Source: Verrucomicrobiota bacterium
Lineage (GTDB): Bacteria > Verrucomicrobiota > Verrucomicrobiia > Limisphaerales > UBA9464
Reading direction: 5' to 3'
NCBI GenBank assembly: GCA_016871615.1
Contig: VHCX01000005.1
Coordinates: 21,868 to 85,867 of the forward strand
Length of the DNA stretch: 64,000 nucleotides
Notes under the pieces: model-generated
The model's input: the letters and a program-made list of their open reading frames with translations, nothing else
The model's database searches: none
Told to the model about the DNA's origin: nothing
Translations under genes and position numbers: made by a program
Shown here: piece by piece, positions 1 to 8,642 of the stretch
Layout of the letters: every line of letters begins with the position of its first letter
How positions within the stretch are numbered: position 1 is the stretch's first letter

Positions 1-1
1 G

Positions 2-457
2 GTGAGGGCGCGGCACCTGACGCCGGAGTCGCTGATCCACGCGGTGGAGCAAGGCGACTTCTACGCGTCCACCGGCGTGGTGCTCGACGACGTGGCCTTC
101 GATGCCGACGCCCGTCGCCTCTCGCTGCGGATCCACGCCCGCCCTGGGGAGCGCTTCACCACCCGGTTCATCGGCACCCGACGGGGCGTGTCACTGGCAG
201 GGAAGCCACGGGTGGACGCGGCCGGAAAGGTGGTGGAGACCACCCTCGACTACCGTGCTGAAACCGGGCCGCAAATCGGGGAGATACTTGCCGAGGTGAA
301 GGGCCCGCGGCCCTCCTTCCGATTGCGCGGCGACGAACTGTACGTCCGGGCGGTCGTCACCTCGTCCCGGAAACCCGAGGTCCCGACGACCGAGGCCGAG
401 TTCCAACAGGCCTGGACCCAGCCCGTGGGGTGGAAGGTTGGGGAACCGCGGAGGTGA
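2..457 (+). CDS. C-terminal fragment of a conserved hypothetical protein; the 5' end lies outside the window. Weak resemblance to the C-terminal region of PHP/CehA-McbA-type metallohydrolases.
   Basis: The frame is open from the window edge to the stop at 455-457. Third-position G/C bias is strong. I cannot name a diagnostic motif with certainty. Confidence 0.45.
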   Translation: MRARHLTPESLIHAVEQGDFYASTGVVLDDVAFDADARRLSLRIHARPGERFTTRFIGTRRGVSLAGKPRVDAAGKVVETTLDYRAETGPQIGEILAEVKGPRPSFRLRGDELYVRAVVTSSRKPEVPTTEAEFQQAWTQPVGWKVGEPRR

Positions 458-551
458 CCGCTGGATCCACCAAGGCCGGTCGCCCCGTCGGTCCCATGGG
501 AGGCTTTGCGGTTTACAGGCCACGTCCATTCGGGACATTAAAGCTTCTCAC

Positions 552-2642
552 ATGAGGTCAGGACACCCGTCGACCACCCCATTCCATGGCCGGAGGACCC
601 CAGGGGCCCTGCCCACGTCCACATGGATCCTCGCCGCCTGGATGGCGTTGGGCTGCCTCGGTCGCCTCGCGGCCCAGGAGCTGACCGTGCGGGAGATCCC
701 GGAACTCACCGTCACCTCGGCCCCCGGATGGACCGAACGCGTGGAGTGGACGGCTTCCGAGTTGTCCCTGCCCTTCTGGTCGATACCGCAGGATCCCCCC
801 GCCCGCGTCACCAACTCCTTCCGCTGGCTGGACCGCTCCCGCCAGCGGCCCGTCGGCTTCTACCGCACCGTGGTCACCGGCTGGGATGCGACGACGCTGA
901 TCCAGTCGATCCCCACCCATGAACCGCCCGGAATCCGGCGGCCCGCCGGATTCGTCTGGATCCGGCCGGGTCTCTTCACCATGGGAAGTCCCGCCGGGGA
1001 ACCGGGCCGGGGGACCAACGAGGTGCGTCGATCGGTGTTCCTGACCCGGGGCTACTGGATGAGCGACCATGAGGTGACCCAGTCCGAATACCGGGGCCTC
1101 ATGGACCGGAACCCGTCCGGATTCCCCGGCGACGACCGGCCGGTGGAGAACGTCTCCTGGACCGATGCCGTCGGCTATTGCGAGGCGTTGAACCGGAAGG
1201 CCTCCGGGCTCCGGGAACTCCCCCCAGGCTACGCCTACCGGCTCCCCACGGAGGCCGAGTGGGAATACGCGGCCCGGGCGGGATCGGGGACCGCCTACCC
1301 GTGGGGTGAGTCCGAGGCGGAGATCGGACGCCATGCCTGGCACGCCGGAACCGCCGAGTTCTCGACCCGGGAGGTCCGTCGCTTGTCGCCCAACCGCTGG
1401 GGGCTCCACGACCTGCTCGGCAACGTTTGGGAATGGTGCCTGGACTGGGGAGCCGTACCGGCCGACACGGCCTCCCTGGAACCGACCGGCCCGGGGACAG
1501 GATCGTTGCGGATCATCCGGGGCGGATCCTACCTGGATGACCCGCGGCTGCTGCGAACGGCCTCGCGGATGGCGTTCCGACCGGACTGGTCGGGCGATTG
1601 CCTGGGGTTCCGACCGGTGTTGGCCGCGACCGATCCCCCGGGCTCGGGCCGATTGGGGCTGCGGATGGTCCCGGAGCTGACCCTTCGCGCAAGCCCTGGC
1701 ACCCGCTACCGCATCGAGAGGACCCGCTCGCCCCGGGTGACGAACTCGTGGGAGACAGCCACCCAACTCGACCTCACAACCAACTCGCTGGTCGTGTGGA
1801 CCGACCTCTCGGAAACCCCGCCGGGGTGGTCCTACCGTGCCGTGCGCATCGTGGAAAACGGCGGGGGTGGCGGCGGTGGCGGCGGTGGCGGCGGAACCGG
1901 ACCGGGCGGCGAGGGCGGAGGCCCGCTCCGACCCGGGGAACCCACGAACGGACGACCCGCCGGATTCGTCTGGGTCCCCGCCGGGACCTTCCGCATGGGC
2001 AGCCCAGAGACCGAGCTCGGCCGTCGATCCAACGAGACTGCCCACACGGTCACCCTGACCCGAGGCTACTGGATGAGCGACCACGAGGTGACCGAGGCGG
2101 AGTTCGAGTCGCAGCTCGGCCGCGCCAGCACACCGGCCCATGGCCCAAGGTTTCCGGTCCAATCCACCTGGGCGGATGCCGAGCGGTACTGCCAGGCCCT
2201 GACGGACAAGGCCCGGGCGGGCGGCACCTTGCCGGAGGGATACGTCTATCGCCTGCCCACCGAGGCCGAATGGGAGAACGCCTGCCGGGCCGGGACCACC
2301 ACCCGGTACTCGTGGGGCGACGACCCCGACGGACTCGACATCGGGAAGCACGCATGGTCCTGGGTCGCGACCTATCGGGAAGTCCGCCAGTTGCAACCCA
2401 ACCCCCTGGGACTCTACGACATGTCTGGAAACCTCTGGGAATGGTGCGCCGACAGCTATCGGGACACCTTTCCGGACACGGCCGTCGACCCGTTGGCAAC
2501 GGGCGGCATCACGCGCCGGTCCATCCGGGGCGGCGGATACCTCGAGAATTTCTCCCGCAGTCGTTCCGCGGCCAGGAACGGCGCAGGGCCCAACGAAACG
2601 CGGGACCTGGGCTTCCGGCCGGTCCTCGCTCGCCCCCTCTGA
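552..2642 (+). CDS. Exported protein with two tandem FGE-sulfatase (SUMF1/formylglycine-generating-enzyme family) domains
   Basis: Each half carries 'RPAGFVW..G.F.MGSP', 'RGYWMSDHEVT', 'YRLPTEAEWE', 'GN(V/L)WEWC', 'RGG.YL' and 'LGFRPVLA'. The halves are joined by a 12-Gly tract (1860-1895). There is an N-terminal hydrophobic signal-like segment. ATG 552 is preferred over the upstream ORF-track start at 438. Confidence 0.85.
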   Translation: MRSGHPSTTPFHGRRTPGALPTSTWILAAWMALGCLGRLAAQELTVREIPELTVTSAPGWTERVEWTASELSLPFWSIPQDPPARVTNSFRWLDRSRQRPVGFYRTVVTGWDATTLIQSIPTHEPPGIRRPAGFVWIRPGLFTMGSPAGEPGRGTNEVRRSVFLTRGYWMSDHEVTQSEYRGLMDRNPSGFPGDDRPVENVSWTDAVGYCEALNRKASGLRELPPGYAYRLPTEAEWEYAARAGSGTAYPWGESEAEIGRHAWHAGTAEFSTREVRRLSPNRWGLHDLLGNVWEWCLDWGAVPADTASLEPTGPGTGSLRIIRGGSYLDDPRLLRTASRMAFRPDWSGDCLGFRPVLAATDPPGSGRLGLRMVPELTLRASPGTRYRIERTRSPRVTNSWETATQLDLTTNSLVVWTDLSETPPGWSYRAVRIVENGGGGGGGGGGGGTGPGGEGGGPLRPGEPTNGRPAGFVWVPAGTFRMGSPETELGRRSNETAHTVTLTRGYWMSDHEVTEAEFESQLGRASTPAHGPRFPVQSTWADAERYCQALTDKARAGGTLPEGYVYRLPTEAEWENACRAGTTTRYSWGDDPDGLDIGKHAWSWVATYREVRQLQPNPLGLYDMSGNLWEWCADSYRDTFPDTAVDPLATGGITRRSIRGGGYLENFSRSRSAARNGAGPNETRDLGFRPVLARPL

Positions 2643-2646
2643 ACCG

Positions 2647-4260
2647 ATGGATCCCCTGACTCCCATGCCGCCCGCCAGCCAACCGGATCCTCACCGGTGC
2701 CGACGGGGCGATCGGCTTCCCTCGTTCGGCCGGTTGCTGGCCGTGTTCTGGATGGTGTTGAGCCCATGGCTGCGGGCCGACGTGTGCGATGTGCGGGTGG
2801 GCATCGACGCCATCGGCCTGACCAACGCGGTGGCCTGGACCGACCGGATCGTGGCCGGCCTGTCGGTGCCCTATTTCCAGTTCGTCAACCGGACCGAGGG
2901 TGCCCCACCGCAGGACATCGGCTCCGATTACCTGGTGTTGGTATCCCATCACCCGAAATTCGGCTACGTGTCGGCACGACTGGTCGAGGTGACGACCGGG
3001 CGCGCCCTCGCGGCCACGGAACCCGCTTCCGATGAGGCCCTCATGACGTGGATCCGGAGTGCGGTCCAGACTCATGCGCAGCCCTTCGAACTGCCGGGCC
3101 GGGGAGACGGGCCCGACGTGGAGATCGAGGCCGGCGGCTGTGGCTGCCTCTACTACTCCGTGGACTCCCCGAAGACGCAATTGGCCGTGCGTTCCGGGTA
3201 CGGGTGGCTGCTGGCCGCCCCATCACCGGAGTACCCATGGCCATGGCGGAGGTATGACGACGCCCCGACGTTCGAATGGTCGGCCGCGGCGAACGGCAAG
3301 CCCCTCCGCCCCAACGGGGAACCCAACGCCGTCGGCTATTACGCCAACCCCTTCATGGCGGGGTTGCGCGACACGGTGCAATTCTTGGCCTACTGCCCGA
3401 AGGATCCCGCGCAGACGGTCCGGCTGTCTCCGGTACGGGTCGCCATCGTGCCTCCCAAGACGAGCGTGATCGTCGCAGGGATAAAACCGATCTACGGCGA
3501 CGGGTCGTTCATCGCAGAGGTGGGGCCCGACGGCGACTCCAGGATCCTCAGTTCCTGGAAGCAGGACTCCAACGCCGGAGAACGGGCGCTCCACCTCTTC
3601 CGGTTCCCGCCATCCGCCAAGAAGCGCGTGGTCTGGGCCAGCCTCGAAGTGCAGGATTACTGCGGAGGCTGCACCATTGTGACCATGGTCGGAAAAACCC
3701 GCTCCTGGGAGGCCAAGACCAACGTCTGGGAAATCCCGAGCGTCTACGGAGCGTGGGAAAACGACCACTGGGTGACGATCGAGGCCATGTCGGCCGACCT
3801 CTACCAGATCGAATCGATCGAGATCACCTCCTACGAGGGGTTCTACCGGAACCTGACGCTCGGTTGGGCCACGTGGGACTGCCCGGACAGCGCCCTGCGC
3901 TACCTGCCGGCCGATGCGGTGCCCCTCGGGGGATCCCCGACCCCGGGGGCGATGCCCGCGGTTGGCCCGGTGCGCCGATCGGCCGCAGGGTCGACGGATT
4001 CCGGGCGGTCCGGCCCGGGCGGCCCTCCAAGGGCCGGCCTTGCCGCGGGGCCGGGCTTTTCCCACACTCCGCCTCCGTTATGGGACTTCTCGAGGGCAAA
4101 CTCGGCATCGTGTTCGGCGTCGCCAACAAGCGCTCCATCGCCTGGGCCATCGCCCAGGCCTGGCACCGCGAGGGGGCCCGCCTGGCCTTCACCTACCAGG
4201 GCGAGCGACTCAAGGACAACGTGGAGGAACTGGCCGGCACCTTCGGGGCCGACACGCTGA
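2647..4260 (+). CDS. Orphan exported/membrane-anchored hypothetical protein. The 3' end is doubtful because the low-complexity tail runs 181 nt into fabI.
   Basis: ATG 2647 lies 4 nt after the FGE-protein stop. An N-terminal hydrophobic stretch 'LLAVFWMVLSPWL' is present. Coding-like GC3 bias holds to about 4040. No in-frame stop occurs before 4258-4260. No recognisable family. Confidence 0.5.
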   Translation: MDPLTPMPPASQPDPHRCRRGDRLPSFGRLLAVFWMVLSPWLRADVCDVRVGIDAIGLTNAVAWTDRIVAGLSVPYFQFVNRTEGAPPQDIGSDYLVLVSHHPKFGYVSARLVEVTTGRALAATEPASDEALMTWIRSAVQTHAQPFELPGRGDGPDVEIEAGGCGCLYYSVDSPKTQLAVRSGYGWLLAAPSPEYPWPWRRYDDAPTFEWSAAANGKPLRPNGEPNAVGYYANPFMAGLRDTVQFLAYCPKDPAQTVRLSPVRVAIVPPKTSVIVAGIKPIYGDGSFIAEVGPDGDSRILSSWKQDSNAGERALHLFRFPPSAKKRVVWASLEVQDYCGGCTIVTMVGKTRSWEAKTNVWEIPSVYGAWENDHWVTIEAMSADLYQIESIEITSYEGFYRNLTLGWATWDCPDSALRYLPADAVPLGGSPTPGAMPAVGPVRRSAAGSTDSGRSGPGGPPRAGLAAGPGFSHTPPPLWDFSRANSASCSASPTSAPSPGPSPRPGTARGPAWPSPTRASDSRTTWRNWPAPSGPTR

Positions 4261-4850
4261 TCCTCCCCTGCGACGTCACCAGCGACGACCAGATCCGCTC
4301 GGTCTTCGGCGCCGTGAAGGAGAGGTTCGGGCGCCTCGACCTGTTGCTCCACGCCGTGGCCTTCGCGCCCAAGGAGGCCCTCGAGGGCGATTTCCTCAAC
4401 ACCAGCCGCGAGGCCTTCCGCGTGGCGCATGACGTCAGCGCCTACTCGCTCATTGGCCTGGCCCGCGAGGCCGCGCCGCTCATGGACCGGGGCGGGTCCA
4501 TCGTGGCCATGAGCTACTACGGCGCCGAGAAGGTCATCCCGCACTACAACGTGATGGGTGTGGCCAAGGCGTCGCTGGAATCGTCGACGCGGTATCTGGC
4601 CTCCAGCCTGGGCCCCAAGAAGATCCGTGTGAACTGCATCAGCGCCGGCCCGATGAACACCCTGGCCGCCCGCGGCATCGCCGGCTTCACCGACATGCTC
4701 AAGCACTACGAGGCCCACGCCCCGCTGCGGCGCAACGTGGAGCCCTCGGAACTGGGCCATACCGGGGCCTTCCTGGCCTCCGACGGCGCGGCGGCGATCA
4801 CCGGCCAGGTCCTCTACGTGGACTGCGGCTACGAGATCATGGGCATGTGA
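4080..4850 (+). CDS. fabI: Enoyl-[acyl-carrier-protein] reductase (NADH), FabI
   Basis: Canonical FabI N-terminus 'MGLLEGKLGIVFGVANKRSIAWAIAQ', 'SYYGAEKVIPHYNVMGVAKASLE' (Tyr/Lys catalytic region) and 'RVNCISAGPMNTLAA'. Confidence 0.93.
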   Translation: MGLLEGKLGIVFGVANKRSIAWAIAQAWHREGARLAFTYQGERLKDNVEELAGTFGADTLILPCDVTSDDQIRSVFGAVKERFGRLDLLLHAVAFAPKEALEGDFLNTSREAFRVAHDVSAYSLIGLAREAAPLMDRGGSIVAMSYYGAEKVIPHYNVMGVAKASLESSTRYLASSLGPKKIRVNCISAGPMNTLAARGIAGFTDMLKHYEAHAPLRRNVEPSELGHTGAFLASDGAAAITGQVLYVDCGYEIMGM

Positions 4851-5368
4851 GCCCGACCCCGGGAGCAACCGATCGCGGGGCCCTCTTCCTCGTCCTCATG
4901 GGGGTGGCGGGCTCGGGCAAGACGACGCTGGGCCAGGCGCTGGCCAGTCGCCTGGGCTGGGAGTTCCGCGACGCCGACGGATTCCACCCCCCGGCCAACA
5001 TCGCCAAGATGTCGGCGGGCACGCCCCTGCAGGATGCCGACCGGTGGCCCTGGCTGCAGGCCATCCGCAGCCACATGGAGGCGGAGCACGCGGCGGGCCG
5101 CAGCGGCATCATCGCCTGCTCGGCGCTCAAGCAGTCGTACCGGGACCTGCTCGGGGGCTCAGGCGACCCCTGGGTGCGCTTCGTGCACCTCTGCGGTCGC
5201 CGGGAACTCATCGAGGGACGGATGCGCGCGCGCGAGGGCCACTTCATGCCGGTGAGCCTGCTCGACAGCCAGTTCGCGACGCTCGAGTCGCCCGCCGACG
5301 CCATCACGCTGGACATCGCGCTGGCCCCGGAGGCGCTGGTCGACGAGGTGCTCCGGCGCCTGGCCTGA
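4847..5368 (+). CDS. gntK: Gluconokinase (GntK/IdnK family)
   Basis: P-loop '[11 protein letters not shown]', '[21 protein letters not shown]' and 'ACSALK..YRD'. The GTG start overlaps the fabI stop (ATGTGA). Confidence 0.85.
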   Translation: MSPTPGATDRGALFLVLMGVAGSGKTTLGQALASRLGWEFRDADGFHPPANIAKMSAGTPLQDADRWPWLQAIRSHMEAEHAAGRSGIIACSALKQSYRDLLGGSGDPWVRFVHLCGRRELIEGRMRAREGHFMPVSLLDSQFATLESPADAITLDIALAPEALVDEVLRRLA

Positions 5369-5393
5369 GCGGCCACCGGACCGGGGCCCCGGG

Positions 5394-5852
5394 TCAGCGC
5401 GACACATCGCCCTGGTAGAGCACGGCGAACTGGTGCCGGCGCAGGCTCTCCACCGCGACCTCGGGGTGCTCGACATTGATCACCAGGGCCGACTTGCCGG
5501 CGGGGCGGTTCAGGAACGGGTAGGTGTAGTGGATGTTCAGCTCGGCCTCGACCAGCGCCGCCAGCACGTCCTGCAATTGGCGTTCGCCGGCGATTTCCAC
5601 CACCACCACGGCGGTCTCGGTGAAGGCGAAGCCATGCTCCTGCAGGAGGCCCCGCGCCAGGTCGGGATCGTCGACGATGATGCGCAGGATGGTGCTGTCG
5701 GTGGTGTCGAGCACCGTCAGCGCCAGGATGTGCACCGAGCGCTCGAAGAGCCGGCGGGTGACCTCGTGCAGGCGGCCCAGGCGGTTGGGGATGAACACGG
5801 TGAACTGCAGCACCGGATCGGAGGGCGGCAGGCGGGTGACGGCGACGGCCAT
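5394..5852 (-). CDS. ACT domain-containing protein
   Basis: 152 aa from ATG 5852. Two ACT-like beta-alpha-beta-beta-alpha-beta segments ('[19 protein letters not shown]' and '[26 protein letters not shown]'). The upstream part of the ORF-track frame is discarded. Confidence 0.7.
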   Translation of the reverse strand: MAVAVTRLPPSDPVLQFTVFIPNRLGRLHEVTRRLFERSVHILALTVLDTTDSTILRIIVDDPDLARGLLQEHGFAFTETAVVVVEIAGERQLQDVLAALVEAELNIHYTYPFLNRPAGKSALVINVEHPEVAVESLRRHQFAVLYQGDVSR

Positions 5853-5972
5853 GGCACCGGGGAGTCTCCGCGACGGCCGGGCCGGGGGCAAGTTGGGGGC
5901 GTCCACCCAAGAGCCTTTGCCGACCGGCCCGGCCTGTGGTTGATTGGGGACGTGGCCAGTCCCTCCGACGAG

Positions 5973-6335
5973 ATGTGCGCGATCGCCGAGAATCTCGGCA
6001 TCCCGACCCTCCAGCGGCACATCCTCCTGTGCGCCGACGCCTCGAAGCCCAAGTGCTGCGATCCGGCGGCCAGCCTGGAATCATGGGAGTACCTCAAGCG
6101 GCGGCTCAAAGAACTCGGGTTGGTCGGGCCGAAGGGCTCGGTCTTCCGGACCAAGGCCAACTGCCTGCAGTGCTGCGCGCAGGGCCCGGTGGCGGTGGTC
6201 TATCCCGAGGGGACCTGGTACCGCCACTGCACCCCCGACGTCCTCGAAACCATCCTCCAGGAGCACCTCATCCATGGCAGGCCCATGCTGGAAAACGCCT
6301 TTGCGAGTCATCCGCTCGGCCCTTGCGCCCGCTGA
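5973..6335 (+). CDS. Thioredoxin-like [2Fe-2S] ferredoxin domain protein
   Basis: 'HILLCAD..KPKCC' ... '[22 protein letters not shown]' gives the Cys pattern typical of thioredoxin-fold 2Fe-2S ferredoxins. ATG 5973 is in frame with ORF 5433..6335. Confidence 0.75.
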   Translation: MCAIAENLGIPTLQRHILLCADASKPKCCDPAASLESWEYLKRRLKELGLVGPKGSVFRTKANCLQCCAQGPVAVVYPEGTWYRHCTPDVLETILQEHLIHGRPMLENAFASHPLGPCAR

Positions 6336-6336
6336 A

Positions 6337-7104
6337 GTGCAACTGGAGCTCTTCCAGCGCCTGAAGGCCGGCGCGCGTGGGGCGCCGATGCCGGGGGGCG
6401 GCACGTGGGTGGCCTCCGAGACGTTGGTCGTCGGCGAACGGTCGATCGAGGTGCACTTCGTGCGACACCCCCGCGCCCGGGCCTTCCGGCTGACGCTCTG
6501 CCGCGACGGCTCGGGCCGGGTCACCCTGCCGCGCTACGGCTCGATGCCCGGGGCGCGCAACTTCCTGCTGAAGCATGTGCCATGGCTGGCCGAGCGGGCG
6601 GCGGCGCAGCGGGAGGGACAAGGCCCGACCGACCCGTCCAAGGGACCCGTGCAGGTGCGCTTCCGCGGCGAGTTCGAGGGCGTCTCGGCCTCCGGGGACG
6701 GCAGGGTGCTGCACCTCGGGACCCATTCGCTGCCCATGCCCCGCACGGCGGCCGGGTCGGACCTGATGGCCCGGGCGCAGGCCGCGCTCCAGCGCCTGGC
6801 CCGGCGCGAGCTGCCGGCGCGGGTGCGCGAGCTCGCGCAAGTCCATGGCATCCCGGTGGGCACCGTCTCGGTGCGCGCCCAGCGCACGCGCTGGGGTTCC
6901 TGCTCGCCCGGTGGCGGGATCTCGGTGAACTGGCGCCTGGTGCAGGTGCCCGAGTGGGTGCGCGACTACATCATCCTCCATGAACTGGCGCACCGGCGGC
7001 ATCTCAACCACTCGCCCCGGTTCTGGAAGGAGGTCGAGCTCCTGTGCCCCGGCTACGAGGCCGCCGAGGCCTGGCTGCGGGAAACCGGCCGGCACGTGCT
7101 GTAG
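6337..7104 (+). CDS. YgjP/DUF45-type (SprT-like, M48-related) zinc metallohydrolase
   Basis: C-terminal 'RWGSCS..G.ISVNWRL...P..V.DYIILHELAHRRHLNHS..FW' with an HExxH motif. The start is uncertain: GTG 6337 (coding-like GC3 from here) or ATG 6388. Confidence 0.75.
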   Translation: MQLELFQRLKAGARGAPMPGGGTWVASETLVVGERSIEVHFVRHPRARAFRLTLCRDGSGRVTLPRYGSMPGARNFLLKHVPWLAERAAAQREGQGPTDPSKGPVQVRFRGEFEGVSASGDGRVLHLGTHSLPMPRTAAGSDLMARAQAALQRLARRELPARVRELAQVHGIPVGTVSVRAQRTRWGSCSPGGGISVNWRLVQVPEWVRDYIILHELAHRRHLNHSPRFWKEVELLCPGYEAAEAWLRETGRHVL

Positions 7105-7142
7105 GCGGGGCCGGGCGGCGGCGGGGCCGCCCATAGGGGCGC

Positions 7143-7691
7143 TCAGCGCCGGAGCACCTCGAACTCGATGTCGAACCAGAGCCCGTTGAACTCGAAGCGG
7201 GCCTGGCCCAGGTCGATCCCGCCGTCGAACCAGTGGAACTCGTTGCGCTCGCGCACCAGCCCGCAGAACTCCTGGAAGAAGTCGGGATCGAGCGCGACGA
7301 CCCCATAGCGCCCGCGGCGCAGTTCCTCCTTCTCCATGGCGGCCAGCAGGTGGTCGGCGTCGGCACGGCTGCGCTTGACCACCCAGATCGCCGCCTCCGG
7401 GCACTTCACGGCCAGCTTGTGGAGCTTGGAGACGGTGCACTCGCCACACTCCACCCAAAGCGTCGGCCGCATGTCGTAGCCGATGACGGCCAGGTCGGGC
7501 ACGAAGGGGATGGAGTCGTCCTGGACCTCGGTCTCCACCTGGAGGCGCTCGTGGAAGAACAGCACGTACGCCAGGAACTTGAGGGCGACATGGCGCACCG
7601 ACTCGTTGACCCCCTGGCCGATGAGGACCTTGTGGGGGAACGGCCGGTGCCGGTCCTCGCTGCGGAGCTGGAAGGTGTATTTGCTGGCCAA
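7143..7691 (-). CDS. YaeQ-family-like protein (PD-(D/E)XK-fold family)
   Basis: Only the 3' 549 nt of the 819-aa ORF looks genuine. The layout parallels E. coli YaeQ: 'ASKYTFQL' N-terminus, 'ES.RH.ALKFLAY.LF..ERLQ' and 'LWVECGE'. A TTG start at 7691 gives an M-ASKYTF N-terminus. Confidence 0.5.
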   Translation of the reverse strand: MASKYTFQLRSEDRHRPFPHKVLIGQGVNESVRHVALKFLAYVLFFHERLQVETEVQDDSIPFVPDLAVIGYDMRPTLWVECGECTVSKLHKLAVKCPEAAIWVVKRSRADADHLLAAMEKEELRRGRYGVVALDPDFFQEFCGLVRERNEFHWFDGGIDLGQARFEFNGLWFDIEFEVLRR

Positions 7692-7829
7692 GCGGAGAAA
7701 GCACCCAACCAACCGGCTCCCAGCGGCCTTGTCCACGACAAAGCCGACCGGTGTCCCCGAACGGGGATGGTAACCGGCGGGCGGAAGTTCCGGTCTTCCC
7801 GTTACATCCCCAAGATCCGTCCCCTCGCC

Positions 7830-8576
7830 ATGAAGACCTTCGGCTCCCCAATGTCCCTGCTCACCGCCACCCTCCTCCTCGGCGCCACCGGTGCCCTGGC
7901 CGACATCACCGACGACCTCAAGTCGGCGGCCCGCAAACTGGCCGATGCGGCCAGCTACTCCTGGACCGCCACGACCGAGATCGAGGGAGGCCAATGGACG
8001 CCCGCCCCGGTCCAGGGCAAGGCCCTCAAGGGAGGCGCGGCGGTGCTGACCACCGAGCGGGACGGCTCGACGACGACCGCCGTGCTGCAGGGCACCAACG
8101 GGGTGGCGAGCACGAACGACGGCTGGAAGACGGCCGAGGAACTGCGCCAGGCCGGGGGTGGTGGCGGCGGCGGGGGCGGCAACCGCGGCGGCATGCGGGC
8201 CGGGGCCCTGCTGCGCAATCCGTTGCCGGCGGCCTCGCTGACCCGATTGGCCGACAAGGCCCGCGACCTGAAGGCCGGGGATGGCGGCAGCGTCGCAGGC
8301 GAACTGCCCGAGGACGTCGCCAAGGAGTTCGCCGTGCTGGGCCGGGGCGGCCGCCCGGGTGGCCAGACGCCGCCGGAGCCCCGCAACGCCAAGGCCTCGG
8401 TCCGGTTCTGGCTGAAGGAGGGCATGGTCTCCAAGGCGCAGCTCAAGGTGTCGGCGACCATGACCTTCAACGGCGAGGACCGCGACATGGTCCGCACCAC
8501 CACCTGGGAGTTCCGGGACGTGGGTACCACCACGGTCGAGGTTCCGGCCGAGGCGAAGAAGCGCCTGGGGACCTGA
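7830..8576 (+). CDS. Secreted hypothetical protein
   Basis: ATG 7830. Clear signal peptide 'MKTFGSPMSLLTATLLLGATGALA'. Internal 9-Gly tract. No recognisable family. Confidence 0.7.
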   Translation: MKTFGSPMSLLTATLLLGATGALADITDDLKSAARKLADAASYSWTATTEIEGGQWTPAPVQGKALKGGAAVLTTERDGSTTTAVLQGTNGVASTNDGWKTAEELRQAGGGGGGGGGNRGGMRAGALLRNPLPAASLTRLADKARDLKAGDGGSVAGELPEDVAKEFAVLGRGGRPGGQTPPEPRNAKASVRFWLKEGMVSKAQLKVSATMTFNGEDRDMVRTTTWEFRDVGTTTVEVPAEAKKRLGT

Positions 8577-8642
8577 ACACCGGCGCGGGGGAGACCTCCA
8601 GACGCATTGACCCTGCGGGAGCGCGTTCCTAGGGTGGGGCCC

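Noticed and set aside
1860-1895. (GGN)12 microsatellite, plus similar Gly tracts near 8155-8181 and 61570-61600
   Set aside because: They are in-frame poly-Gly linkers within coding regions, common in high-GC genomes. They are noted under the FGE finding but are not a separate feature of interest.
558-2666. A 702-aa ORF antisense to the FGE-domain gene
   Set aside because: It is Arg/Pro/Gly-rich with no motifs. It is a typical shadow frame of a high-GC gene, and the sense strand has unambiguous FGE motifs.
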